Virus record (IMG/VR): IMGVR_UViG_3300010052_000181
Coordinates: 1 to 59,328 of that record
DNA length: 59,328 bases
Reading direction: 5' to 3' (one strand)
From: a virus
Taxonomy: Duplodnaviria; Caudoviricetes
In this document: positions 1 to 7,514 of the stretch, one piece after another
How the letters are laid out: each line of letters opens with the position of its first letter
Numbering within the stretch: position 1 is the stretch's first letter
Program-made: the position numbers and the translations under genes
Notes under the pieces: generated by a model
What the model saw: the letters and a program-made list of their open reading frames with translations, nothing else
Databases searched by the model: none
Told to the model about the DNA's origin: nothing

Positions 1-270
1 TCATTGAGGCCGATTCCGCCCGCTCCACGCGCCGTGGATCAGCTCCGGGCGCCCGCTATCCCGCGAATAGATGAACGACGTCTGCTTGCTCCCGCAGTTC
101 GGGCAGTGCAGCAGCCGCTTGAGGTCGCCGGCCATGGCGGGATGGTCCGGCCCGAGCCGACCGGCAAGGGCTGCGAGATCGACCGGCTTGTGGAACCGGC
201 AGTCGTCGCAATAGGCCTCCACCCGCATCGATGCAGCGATAAGCGAGGCGAAGGTCCAGACGTCGCTCAC
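1..270 (-). CDS. Small zinc-ribbon protein (CDDC...CPNC)
   Basis: Two CxxC pairs; GTG start at 270 overlaps the upstream stop (GTGA). Confidence 0.65.
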   Translation of the reverse strand: MSDVWTFASLIAASMRVEAYCDDCRFHKPVDLAALAGRLGPDHPAMAGDLKRLLHCPNCGSKQTSFIYSRDSGRPELIHGAWSGRNRPQ

Positions 271-362
271 AGCAGCCACCAGACCACCGCGATCACCACG
301 GCCATGCCGACAGCGCCGCCGAGGCAGCCGAGCCGGGTTGAACGCGGGTAGGCTTCGCTCAC
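267..362 (-). CDS. 31-aa membrane peptide (MSEAYPRSTRLGCLGGAVGMAVVIAVVWWLL), below ORF-track cutoff
   Basis: GTGA overlaps with both neighbours; single hydrophobic helix. Confidence 0.55.
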   Translation of the reverse strand: MSEAYPRSTRLGCLGGAVGMAVVIAVVWWLL

Positions 363-628
363 GGCCTGTGGATGATCCTCTCGATAGGCACGAGGATGCT
401 AGCCTCATCGGCGGCGGCTGCGAAGGCCTTGCGCGCGGCCGAGGCGTCCTTGATGCCTTCCAGGGCGTCGACCACGGCCTGGCGCGCCGTGCGATGCCGC
501 CGGGTAGGCTTGGCCGGCCACTGGTTGAGCAGGGCGTCGGCCGCCTGCAGGGCCGAGGTCACGACCCGGATCTTGCCGGGAGGCCCGAGCAGCACATGCA
601 CGGGCTCGTCGAAACGCTTGTCTTCCAC
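359..628 (-). CDS. DUF982 family protein
   Basis: FDEPV..G....V.SA..A...L...WP...H..AR.A...AL.G....AARKAF.AAA.EA.IL pattern; GGAG RBS before GTG at 628. Confidence 0.8.
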   Translation of the reverse strand: MEDKRFDEPVHVLLGPPGKIRVVTSALQAADALLNQWPAKPTRRHRTARQAVVDALEGIKDASAARKAFAAAADEASILVPIERIIHRP

Positions 629-700
629 GCGGTACTCCCGAACTCGGACAACACTACAGCGAAAAGCCGCCCGGTTGGACCCGCGGCGGCTTTGCATTTT

Positions 701-752
701 TACGCAGTTTCTGCGTATTTCTGTTGCGCAGTTTCTGCGTATATGCAATAGT
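701..752 (+). promoter_or_regulatory. Two palindromic operators overlapping a putative sigma70 promoter
   Basis: TACGCAG-TTT-CTGCGTA (701-717) and TGCGCAG-TTT-CTGCGTA (725-741); TTGCGC-N17-AATAGT (724-752). Confidence 0.7.
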
Positions 753-800
753 CATTTCACCGAAGCAATCCCGCTTCGGCAACTGGACTAGGAGGCAACC

Positions 801-869
801 ATGAGCGTCAAGCTCACCTTCCAAGTCCGGATCGGCAAGTGGAGACTAGCACTCTCCATCAGCCGGTAA
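801..869 (+). CDS. 22-aa cationic peptide MSVKLTFQVRIGKWRLALSISR
   Basis: GGAGG RBS at 791-795, ATG 801, TAA 867-869; lies between the promoter and the HTH gene. Confidence 0.65.
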   Translation: MSVKLTFQVRIGKWRLALSISR

Positions 870-936
870 CCCGGAGCCGGGTGGGGGTCCAAACCTCACC
901 CGGTCCCGAATATAGCAAAGCAAGGGGAGACCTTCA

Positions 937-1209
937 ATGACGCCTATGGGACTTCAGGAACTGCGCAAGTCGCTCGACCTCTCGCAGACTACCATGGCGG
1001 ATGAAATGGGCCTGTCGCTCCGCGCCTATCAGGAGATTGAAAACGGCAGGTCGCCATTCCGTAAGCTGCATGTTCTGGCTGCCGAAAGGATTGCCCTGGC
1101 CCATGCCGCGCGGGCCAGTCATCCCGGCGCGCTGCCGGCCTCGGTGCTGTCCGACATCATCGTCGTCGCGCGTTCCATCAAAGCGGCAAGTCGCGCAGGT
1201 GCCTCCTAA
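937..1209 (+). CDS. XRE/Cro-C1 family HTH regulator
   Basis: LQELRKSLDLSQTTMADEMGLSLRAYQEIENG; GGGGAG RBS. Confidence 0.85.
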   Translation: MTPMGLQELRKSLDLSQTTMADEMGLSLRAYQEIENGRSPFRKLHVLAAERIALAHAARASHPGALPASVLSDIIVVARSIKAASRAGAS

Positions 1210-1214
1210 AATAC

Positions 1215-1249
1215 AAAAAAAGCCCCGCCACCTTTCGGCGGCGGGGCTT
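1215..1249 (-). terminator. Intrinsic terminator between convergent genes (U-tract on minus strand; ends the late/lysis transcript)
   Basis: AAAAAAAGCCCCGCC-ACCTTTC-GGCGGCGGGGCTT. Confidence 0.8.
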
Positions 1250-1271
1250 CGTCGTCAGGGTACGCGGCAGA

Positions 1272-1532
1272 TCAGCCGGCCGGCCTGAAGTCCAGATAGA
1301 ACGTGCTGCCGGGCTCGATCTTGCCGATCAGGGCCGGATTGGCGATCGTGATCGTCAATTCACCGGACGGCGAAAACTTCGCAAAAGTGTTGTTCTCGTC
1401 GCTGCCATCCTCCGGATAGCCGCCGCTGCGCGCCACGCAGTTCATCGTCACCTTGTCGCCGCCGTTCCAGCGCTCGACACGCGACACCGTCATCTTTGCT
1501 CGCATTTTGGTGGACATTTCAGTCTTCTCCAT
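1272..1532 (-). CDS. Hypothetical phage protein
   Basis: Protein-like composition (MRAK...ENNTFAKFSPSGEL.ITI.NP...FYLDF); followed by terminator. Confidence 0.7.
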   Translation of the reverse strand: MEKTEMSTKMRAKMTVSRVERWNGGDKVTMNCVARSGGYPEDGSDENNTFAKFSPSGELTITIANPALIGKIEPGSTFYLDFRPAG

Positions 1533-1564
1533 TGTGATTGCCCGGAGCCGCCGGGCGCGGATTG

Positions 1565-1948
1565 TCAGGGCGGCGGCCGGCCGGTGAGATAGGTGTAGAG
1601 CCAGGCCACCCAGCCGACAGCGGCGACCACGCCCACGCCGATCCTGATGACGATCGCGCCTGCCGTGCCGGCGCCCAGCGCGCGTTCTCGCATCTTCTCG
1701 ACGCCGTCGGTCACGCCGCGCATCTTGATGATGCTGTCTTTCACCGAGTTCATGTCGACTTCCAGATGCGTGGTTCTCAGCACGAGCTTGCCGAGTTCGT
1801 CGCGCACGCCCTGCCGGTAGTCTGCCGACTTCGCCTCCGATTCGGCGGCGACGGTCTTCAGATCGTCGACCTTGCTGTTCAGGCCCTTCATGGAGCCGAT
1901 GAGTTCGCCAACCTGCTGGTAGATATCGGTTAGGCTGGTGTCCGTCAT
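1565..1948 (-). CDS. Coiled-coil protein with C-terminal TM (DUF1515-like), lysis module
   Basis: Start MTDTSL at 1948 overlaps upstream stop (ATGA); C-terminal hydrophobic helix. Confidence 0.7.
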   Translation of the reverse strand: MTDTSLTDIYQQVGELIGSMKGLNSKVDDLKTVAAESEAKSADYRQGVRDELGKLVLRTTHLEVDMNSVKDSIIKMRGVTDGVEKMRERALGAGTAGAIVIRIGVGVVAAVGWVAWLYTYLTGRPPP

Positions 1949-2358
1949 TTCCGCCCTCTGATTGCCGCTGCGATTGCCGAGAAGCCCATGCCGACCGCCT
2001 GGACGCCGAAGAACGACAGCAGGATCGTGCCCTGGTATTCGTCGAAGGGCGCAGGATATTTCGGAATGCCCCAGCCGAACCTGCCGATCGTGTCGAGCGT
2101 CACGGCGAGATAGTGCGCCGTCGCGCATCCCGCGATCACAGCGGTGATCAGCCGCATCTCCCAGAAGCCCGCCGTGGCGAGGCGGATTTCCTTGGCCGCC
2201 GCGCGATCGGCCATCTGCCGCTCGATGTCCTTGACCGCGACGTCGGCGATGAGGCGCTGCGTCTCGTTCTGGGCGGCTTCGCGGATGCGGTAGGCCTCGA
2301 CAAGCTTGGTGCCCAGCGTGCCCGTCACCAGGCGGAGGATAGCGAGCAGCATCGACAT
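1945..2358 (-). CDS. Putative holin-like membrane protein
   Basis: 2-3 hydrophobic segments, basic C-terminus, downstream of endolysin; TGATG coupling. Confidence 0.6.
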   Translation of the reverse strand: MSMLLAILRLVTGTLGTKLVEAYRIREAAQNETQRLIADVAVKDIERQMADRAAAKEIRLATAGFWEMRLITAVIAGCATAHYLAVTLDTIGRFGWGIPKYPAPFDEYQGTILLSFFGVQAVGMGFSAIAAAIRGRK

Positions 2359-2462
2359 CAGCAGAAGCTCCATCCGGTGCAGCCGAGCCACCACCAGAAC
2401 ACCGCGCCCACGGCGGCGAGCATGGCGGCCGAGCCGGCGAGGAAGATCGCGACATCCTTCAT
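2358..2462 (-). CDS. 34-aa membrane peptide (MKDVAIFLAGSAAMLAAVGAVFWWWLGCTGWSFC)
   Basis: ATGA and TGATG overlaps with both neighbours. Confidence 0.55.
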   Translation of the reverse strand: MKDVAIFLAGSAAMLAAVGAVFWWWLGCTGWSFC

Positions 2463-2893
2463 GCCTCGTCTTCGTCAGGCTGAGGTGGCGCTATCCGAAA
2501 GCCCAAAGCATGCCGCCGGCCGCTATGTCGTTTGTTGGCCCACTCCATAGGCTGAATCTTGAAGTCGACGGGCAGGTCGGTCTGCGCCCTCAACCAGTCG
2601 GACAACGCTACCGTCATCAGCAGCCACTTGTTATCCCACTCGAACGAAGACGGATGCGCATGCGGGAACTCGGCGTAGAACGACTTGTCGTCGAGGATCA
2701 GGACGACATCGACGTCCCGCCAGTCAGGCCGGATGATCGAACTGCCGACCAGATACAGGCCGACATGCCCATCTTTGTCGTAGTGCCGATAGGCGTCCCT
2801 GATGTGGCGCGCGGCCATCTCCAGCTTGAAGATGGCCGGCACCCCTACGTGGGTCGCTTTCGCGGCGGGAGCCTTGGCCGCTCGCTTGCTCAC
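2459..2893 (-). CDS. Minimal nucleotidyltransferase (Pol-beta superfamily)
   Basis: LYLVGS....DWRDVDVVL motif plus distal PVDF aspartate. Confidence 0.7.
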   Translation of the reverse strand: MSKRAAKAPAAKATHVGVPAIFKLEMAARHIRDAYRHYDKDGHVGLYLVGSSIIRPDWRDVDVVLILDDKSFYAEFPHAHPSSFEWDNKWLLMTVALSDWLRAQTDLPVDFKIQPMEWANKRHSGRRHALGFRIAPPQPDEDEA

Positions 2894-4011
2894 GCCAGCA
2901 CCGGATCGTCAGCGCCGGCCGCCTCGGCGGGCTCGACATCGCCCTCGTCGGTGCGCTTGCTCTTGATCCAGCCCCACACCGCATAGGCTGCGAGCCCGAC
3001 GCCAATGAGCCCGGAGCCGGCCATCAGCACGTTGGCTACGGTCTGCGCGGTCTCGGCCTCGATTCCGGTCAGCGCAGCTGCGGTCTCGGCGATCTGGTTG
3101 CGCAGCGAGATCACGAGGGTGAGAACAACGCCGCCGCCGGCGGCGTCCTTCACCTCCTTGACGTCGGTAGGCTTCTGCTGGCCGATCTTCTCGTCGGGCG
3201 CCACCTTCAACGCCTCGAGGCGGCGAAACGTCTCGGGCCCGGCAACGCCATCGGCCTTGATCTTCTGCGAGCGCTGGAAACCCTTCACCGCATCGCGCGT
3301 CGAGGGGCCGTAGTCGCCGTCGACCTTCACGGCATAGCCGGCGCGCAGCAGCAGGCCCTGCAGCTCGCGCACGCGCGCTCCTGACGAACCCATGCGCAGC
3401 ATGCCGGTCGCCTTCGAAACCGCCGGCCGGCCGGAGAGCCGCTTGTAGGCCGCAGCCATCTTCAGGTGATAGCCGTCCTTCCGATAGCCCGGCCCGTTGT
3501 AGCCGCGGGCAAAACCGGAGAAATCGAGCCGCTGCAGCTCGTCGATCAGGCCGAAGGCCGCGCAGTATTTCACCATCAGCTCGAGCTGGCCCAGCGCGTC
3601 GCGCCGCGCTTCCTTGATCAGATCGTCGACCTCAGCGAACTCGAGTACCTTCCAGTGCGCCGTCATCACCTGGCCGAGCCCGATCGAGAAGGATTCCAGC
3701 GCCGCCTGCCGGTCGATCTTCGAGGCCCGGGTCACCAGGTCCCAGCGCTTGGCCTGGCTGGCCGGATTCTTGATCGCGCCGGCCTTGGGGCTGGCGAGCT
3801 TCTCGGCCCGCGCCCGATCGCGCGCAGCGCCCTTCAGCCGCCGGTCGAAATAGTGGCCCTCCCAGCGGATGACCGGCTCCTGCCGGCCCTTGACCAGCGC
3901 GAACACCTGGCCCGCACTCTCCACCTCGGCCACCGCCTGGAGGGCGGCCGGCTCGACCTTGATGCGCGCGGCGATCTTCTCGATGCCGGCAAGCGTTTGC
4001 GCGTCGAACAT
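2890..4011 (-). CDS. Endolysin: N-acetylmuramidase (DUF3380-type) + peptidoglycan-binding domain + C-terminal TM
   Basis: AVAEVESAG, EGHYF, SIGLGQVM, FARGYNGPGY; LRMGSSG...VDGDYGPST...ADGVAGPET. Confidence 0.9.
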   Translation of the reverse strand: MFDAQTLAGIEKIAARIKVEPAALQAVAEVESAGQVFALVKGRQEPVIRWEGHYFDRRLKGAARDRARAEKLASPKAGAIKNPASQAKRWDLVTRASKIDRQAALESFSIGLGQVMTAHWKVLEFAEVDDLIKEARRDALGQLELMVKYCAAFGLIDELQRLDFSGFARGYNGPGYRKDGYHLKMAAAYKRLSGRPAVSKATGMLRMGSSGARVRELQGLLLRAGYAVKVDGDYGPSTRDAVKGFQRSQKIKADGVAGPETFRRLEALKVAPDEKIGQQKPTDVKEVKDAAGGGVVLTLVISLRNQIAETAAALTGIEAETAQTVANVLMAGSGLIGVGLAAYAVWGWIKSKRTDEGDVEPAEAAGADDPVLA

Positions 4012-4022
4012 GGCTGGTCCTT

Positions 4023-4349
4023 TCACTTGATGATGCTGAGCGTCACAGGCGCGGTGCCGGCCGCGATCATGCCGAGCCGCTGCGCCACGGCGCGGGAGAC
4101 ATCGAGCACCCGCCCGCGCACGAAAGGCCCGCGATCGGAGATCCGGCACGTCGCCTGGCGGCCATTGTCGAGATTGGTCACCCGCACCATGGTGTCGAAA
4201 GGCAAGGTGCGGTGCGCGCAGGTCGCGGCGCCCTGGTCGAAGATCTCGCCCGAGGCCGTCACCTCGCCATCGAAGCCCGGCCCGTACCAGGACGCCGTGC
4301 CGGCATGCGCAGGCAAGACGGCAGCAAGCATCGCTGCGGCGAGACGCAT
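4023..4349 (-). CDS. rlpA: RlpA-like lytic transglycosylase (DPBB domain) with signal peptide
   Basis: GTASWYG, TASGE, AHRTLPF, VRVTN, DRGPF, LDVS motifs. Confidence 0.9.
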   Translation of the reverse strand: MRLAAAMLAAVLPAHAGTASWYGPGFDGEVTASGEIFDQGAATCAHRTLPFDTMVRVTNLDNGRQATCRISDRGPFVRGRVLDVSRAVAQRLGMIAAGTAPVTLSIIK

Positions 4350-4387
4350 GGCAGTTCCTTTCGGGTGGGGAGATGTGGTAGACGGAC

Positions 4388-4575
4388 GGCGGCTCGCCGA
4401 AGGCGGGCTGGGGCGTCGAAACCCCTCGGTGGCGGCTTCAGTGCAGCCGTTATCAGCACTCTCCGAACAGTGGTCGGGGAGGCTCGCGCGTATGTCCAGG
4501 GGAGCAATCCCTAAAGGCGCGAGCGCTCTCCACCGAGAGTTTCGAACTCCCCGACTCTGTTCCGGGAGAGTTCAC
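4388..4575 (+). ncRNA. Candidate structured RNA / long 5' UTR
   Basis: Outer stem 4458-4481 pairs with 4547-4571 and encloses GCTCGCGC/GCGCGAGC, GGGA-GCAA-TCCC and CTCTC/GAGAG stems; further hairpins at 4388-4452. Confidence 0.55.
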
Positions 4576-4713
4576 ATGGGTTTTCGTCTTGCCGGGGTTG
4601 CCGTTGTCGTGATGCTTGTCTTGACCGGGATGGTGTTCTGGTATGCGCCACCGGTGTGCGAGCCTGATACCCCGTCGCTCAGGCTGGGGAATGCGCTGTT
4701 TGCGGGCTGCTAG
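4576..4713 (+). CDS. 45-aa single-TM protein with two cysteines
   Basis: MGFRLAGVAVVVMLVLTGMVFWYAPPVC...AGC; GGGAG RBS. Confidence 0.55.
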   Translation: MGFRLAGVAVVVMLVLTGMVFWYAPPVCEPDTPSLRLGNALFAGC

Positions 4714-4937
4714 GCCGGCTTGAACTTCCAGACGCCGTTCTCGTCCTCGACAAGGTTGATGCGTTCCTTGGCGGCGTCCACGATGGCCTGGCTGAATACC
4801 TTGCGGTCGATCTTGAGCTTGCCGGCGACGGTCCTGACGCCGACGCGCCACTTGCCGTCCTTCTGCTTCAGTTCGCCGCCGCGCACCATGGCGTCGGTCA
4901 GCGCGTTGACCTGGATCTTGGTTGGGGCTTTTTCCAT
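4710..4937 (-). CDS. Small basic hypothetical protein
   Basis: GGAG RBS before ATG 4937; follows hydrolase stop. Confidence 0.6.
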   Translation of the reverse strand: MEKAPTKIQVNALTDAMVRGGELKQKDGKWRVGVRTVAGKLKIDRKVFSQAIVDAAKERINLVEDENGVWKFKPA

Positions 4938-4939
4938 TC

Positions 4940-5674
4940 TCAAACTCCAATCTGCGCCGCCGTGAAGGCCAGCTTTGCCACCCATGCCTCTTCATATTTC
5001 ACAGGGTCTGTGATGACCCCATGCCCGCCGTCATGCGTGAACAAGTCGCACGATACGCCTACGGCATCCATCGCGGCCTTGTAGGCGGTGCTTTGAGCGT
5101 AAGAGACGGTCGTGTCGGCGGTCCCATGAATGAGCAGATGCGGCGGGGTAGATGCACCAATAAAAAGCTTCGGTGAGTAAGCCTCGCCCTGTCCGTTATT
5201 CAACCAGTTCTTCAGTTTCAGCTCCGATGCTGCATCGCTAATATCGCTCGGCGCACATTCGGCAATGACAGCGGCGACGGCCGCGTCAACGCCGAGCTTC
5301 ATGGCGAGATTGCCGCCAGCCGAAGACCCCCACGCCAGCACCTTGCCCGGATCGACATAGGCGCGAGACTTCGCCCAGGCGCAGGCCGCCGCGACGTCGC
5401 TGTAGGTGTCCGGCGCGCGGAAAGTGTAGCCGTCGCCGTATCCACGATAGCCAACGACGAAGACGCAATACCCATTTTCGGCCCAGCGGATCGCTTCGTC
5501 TTCTCGCGCCAGCAGGTCGCTCGCCGTAGCCGGCGAAAATCCGCCCCCGACAAACATCAAGACGCATGGCATCAGGCCAAGCGCCGCCCAATTGTCGGGA
5601 CGGTAGCGGTTTGCCTTCTGCAGAGCGTGCTGCTGCCGGTATGGCATACCGACGGTCTTTTCAACGGTGGTCAT
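4940..5674 (-). CDS. Alpha/beta hydrolase (esterase/lipase)
   Basis: GGGF oxyanion loop, GSSAGG nucleophile elbow, HGTAD Asp, GGH His. Confidence 0.85.
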   Translation of the reverse strand: MTTVEKTVGMPYRQQHALQKANRYRPDNWAALGLMPCVLMFVGGGFSPATASDLLAREDEAIRWAENGYCVFVVGYRGYGDGYTFRAPDTYSDVAAACAWAKSRAYVDPGKVLAWGSSAGGNLAMKLGVDAAVAAVIAECAPSDISDAASELKLKNWLNNGQGEAYSPKLFIGASTPPHLLIHGTADTTVSYAQSTAYKAAMDAVGVSCDLFTHDGGHGVITDPVKYEEAWVAKLAFTAAQIGV

Positions 5675-5687
5675 GTTTCAACGATCC

Positions 5688-7016
5688 TTAACTGAAATAG
5701 CTGGCCGAGAAGGTGCCGCTGCCATCGAATGTGTCGGTGGTCAGAATGCGAATGCGGTCCAATGTTCCTGACAGGGATTTTACTCCAGAGGCGGCAAGCG
5801 CCCCTGCGGCGCTGTCGGCACCGACAAGGGAAAAGGCCCATTTATTGGTTGCCGCGTCCATCAGAACAAGATTGACAGTGCCACTATAGGTGTTGGCCGC
5901 CGTAACCGATCCGCGCAGCAAAAATTGCGTGGTGGAAGTACCGCCGCCGCCGAAGGCAGCAGAGACGTAGCCTGTGTTCTCGATGCCACCGGAATCGCCA
6001 ATCTGGAAACCGAGCGCGCCCGTACCGTTGGTGGAAATTCCTTCAAACGCGATGACGATGAGGTTCACGCCAGCAGGGATGCTGGTAATGTCAACCGTCG
6101 AGCCGGCCGTAACGTTGACTATTCCCGATGATTTCGGCTTGACCCCTGTGCAGTTATCCAGCGCTCCAGAAGCCGGCGTGCCGAGTGCCGGCGTCACGAG
6201 CGTCGGCGAATTCGCAAAGACGGCGGAGCCAGTGCCGGTTTCGTCGGTGAGAGCGGCGCGAAGGTTTGCGCTGGTGAACGACGCCATGAGCGTATCGACA
6301 CCGGAAGCGCGACTAATGCTGGCCCACGATGTCAGCGCCGCAGCGAGCGGCTGGAATGTCGTGCCGACCGCCGCCAGGGTCGCCAACACCTGCGCTGCCG
6401 TCCGCGAAGCCCATGCGCTCGCCACCGCCACGATGAAATTGTCCGTGGTGGGGGTAAGCCCGGCGATGGTCGACAGATTGCTATTGAGCGGCTGCTTCTC
6501 GGAGTCCAGTTCATTGATCGCAGCCTGAACAGTCGTCGCAGCAATGTTGCCAGCCGGAGTATTGGCAATGTTGGTTCCCGGTGTGCCGGCAAAAAGCGCT
6601 ACTCCCGTACCGCTTTCATCTGTCAGTGCTGCCCGCAGATTGGCGCTGGTAAATGACGCCATCAACGTATCGACGCCGGATGCCCTGGTGATCGCACCCC
6701 ATGACGCGAGCGTGGCAAGAAACGGCTGGTAGAGCGTGTCGAAATAGGTCTTCAGTGTGGCCTTGATATTGGCCCAGGTGACCTTTTTCAGGACGTTCGA
6801 CGCGGCGCTGTCGATGATCCCAACAAGATCGGCGTCGACGGGTGTCGTCTTGGCGGTCGCGGCGCTGATACCGAGATAGTCTTCCGGAAGGACGGCGCTA
6901 TCTGCCAGATCCTTGACACGCTGCCTCACATCGTCCGGCGTGATGTCGCCGGTCGTGTTGTCGGCCAGATAGGTTCCGGCATCGCTGTTGAGCTGCGCGC
7001 GCGTGCGAACGGTCAT
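5688..7016 (-). CDS. Tail fibre / receptor-binding protein
   Basis: A/T/S/G-rich, internal repeat, end of tail module. Confidence 0.7.
   Translation of the reverse strand: MTVRTRAQLNSDAGTYLADNTTGDITPDDVRQRVKDLADSAVLPEDYLGISAATAKTTPVDADLVGIIDSAASNVLKKVTWANIKATLKTYFDTLYQPFLATLASWGAITRASGVDTLMASFTSANLRAALTDESGTGVALFAGTPGTNIANTPAGNIAATTVQAAINELDSEKQPLNSNLSTIAGLTPTTDNFIVAVASAWASRTAAQVLATLAAVGTTFQPLAAALTSWASISRASGVDTLMASFTSANLRAALTDETGTGSAVFANSPTLVTPALGTPASGALDNCTGVKPKSSGIVNVTAGSTVDITSIPAGVNLIVIAFEGISTNGTGALGFQIGDSGGIENTGYVSAAFGGGGTSTTQFLLRGSVTAANTYSGTVNLVLMDAATNKWAFSLVGADSAAGALAASGVKSLSGTLDRIRILTTDTFDGSGTFSASYFS
6232..6707 (-). repeat. Internal protein repeat SW.AI.RASGVDTLMASFTSANLRAALTDE.GTG (two copies, ~6232-6330 and ~6604-6707)
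   Basis: Seen in the translation; DNA copies differ at synonymous sites. Confidence 0.8.
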
Positions 7017-7030
7017 GGTTCAGCCTCCGA

Positions 7031-7474
7031 TCAAGCCGGATTGGTGATGCGGAAGATGCCGTTGGCGTTGAACGTCACCTTGAAGTCGGTGCCGACGCCG
7101 GCCTCCTGCGGGCCGTCGAAATCGATGTACCAGAGGGGCGCATCGTTGACGTGAGCGCTGTCATAGATGCAGCCAGCGGAGGCTGGTCCGATGTTGCCGC
7201 CGGTTGCTGTGACAGAAATGTCTGCGGCGTCCAGCATGGCTCCGCTTGTCGAGACCGTAGTGATCGCCACGCTGGCCAGCGCTTCTCCACCGGCGTCCCA
7301 TCCATTGCCGGATACCTCGGTCGCCGCTCCTGCAAGCACGTCGGTAAGCGTAGTGTCCGTGGCGTCGAATGCGGCATTGCTGTCGAGCAGCATGAACTTG
7401 AGAGCGGTGTAGTCGATCTCCTTGTTCGTGATCAGCTTGGCGGTGTGGTTGTAACGCGAGATGGTGACGGCCAT
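7031..7474 (-). CDS. Minor tail protein
   Basis: Acidic, beta-rich; GGAG RBS; tail module. Confidence 0.65.
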   Translation of the reverse strand: MAVTISRYNHTAKLITNKEIDYTALKFMLLDSNAAFDATDTTLTDVLAGAATEVSGNGWDAGGEALASVAITTVSTSGAMLDAADISVTATGGNIGPASAGCIYDSAHVNDAPLWYIDFDGPQEAGVGTDFKVTFNANGIFRITNPA

Positions 7475-7514
7475 GAAGCGGCTCCCGTTCGATCTGGAGA
7501 GTGGAGAGAGGGAA

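Noticed and set aside
640-654. Possible alphaproteobacterial LexA box (GAAC-N7-ACAC) upstream of DUF982; also GTTC-N6-GTAC near 27348
   Set aside because: Second half-site or spacing does not fit GAAC-N7-GAAC / GTTC-N7-GTTC
4458-4571. Retron msr-msd or SRP/6S RNA interpretation of the structured region
   Set aside because: No reverse transcriptase in the window and no recognisable SRP or 6S conserved motifs; kept only as an unknown RNA
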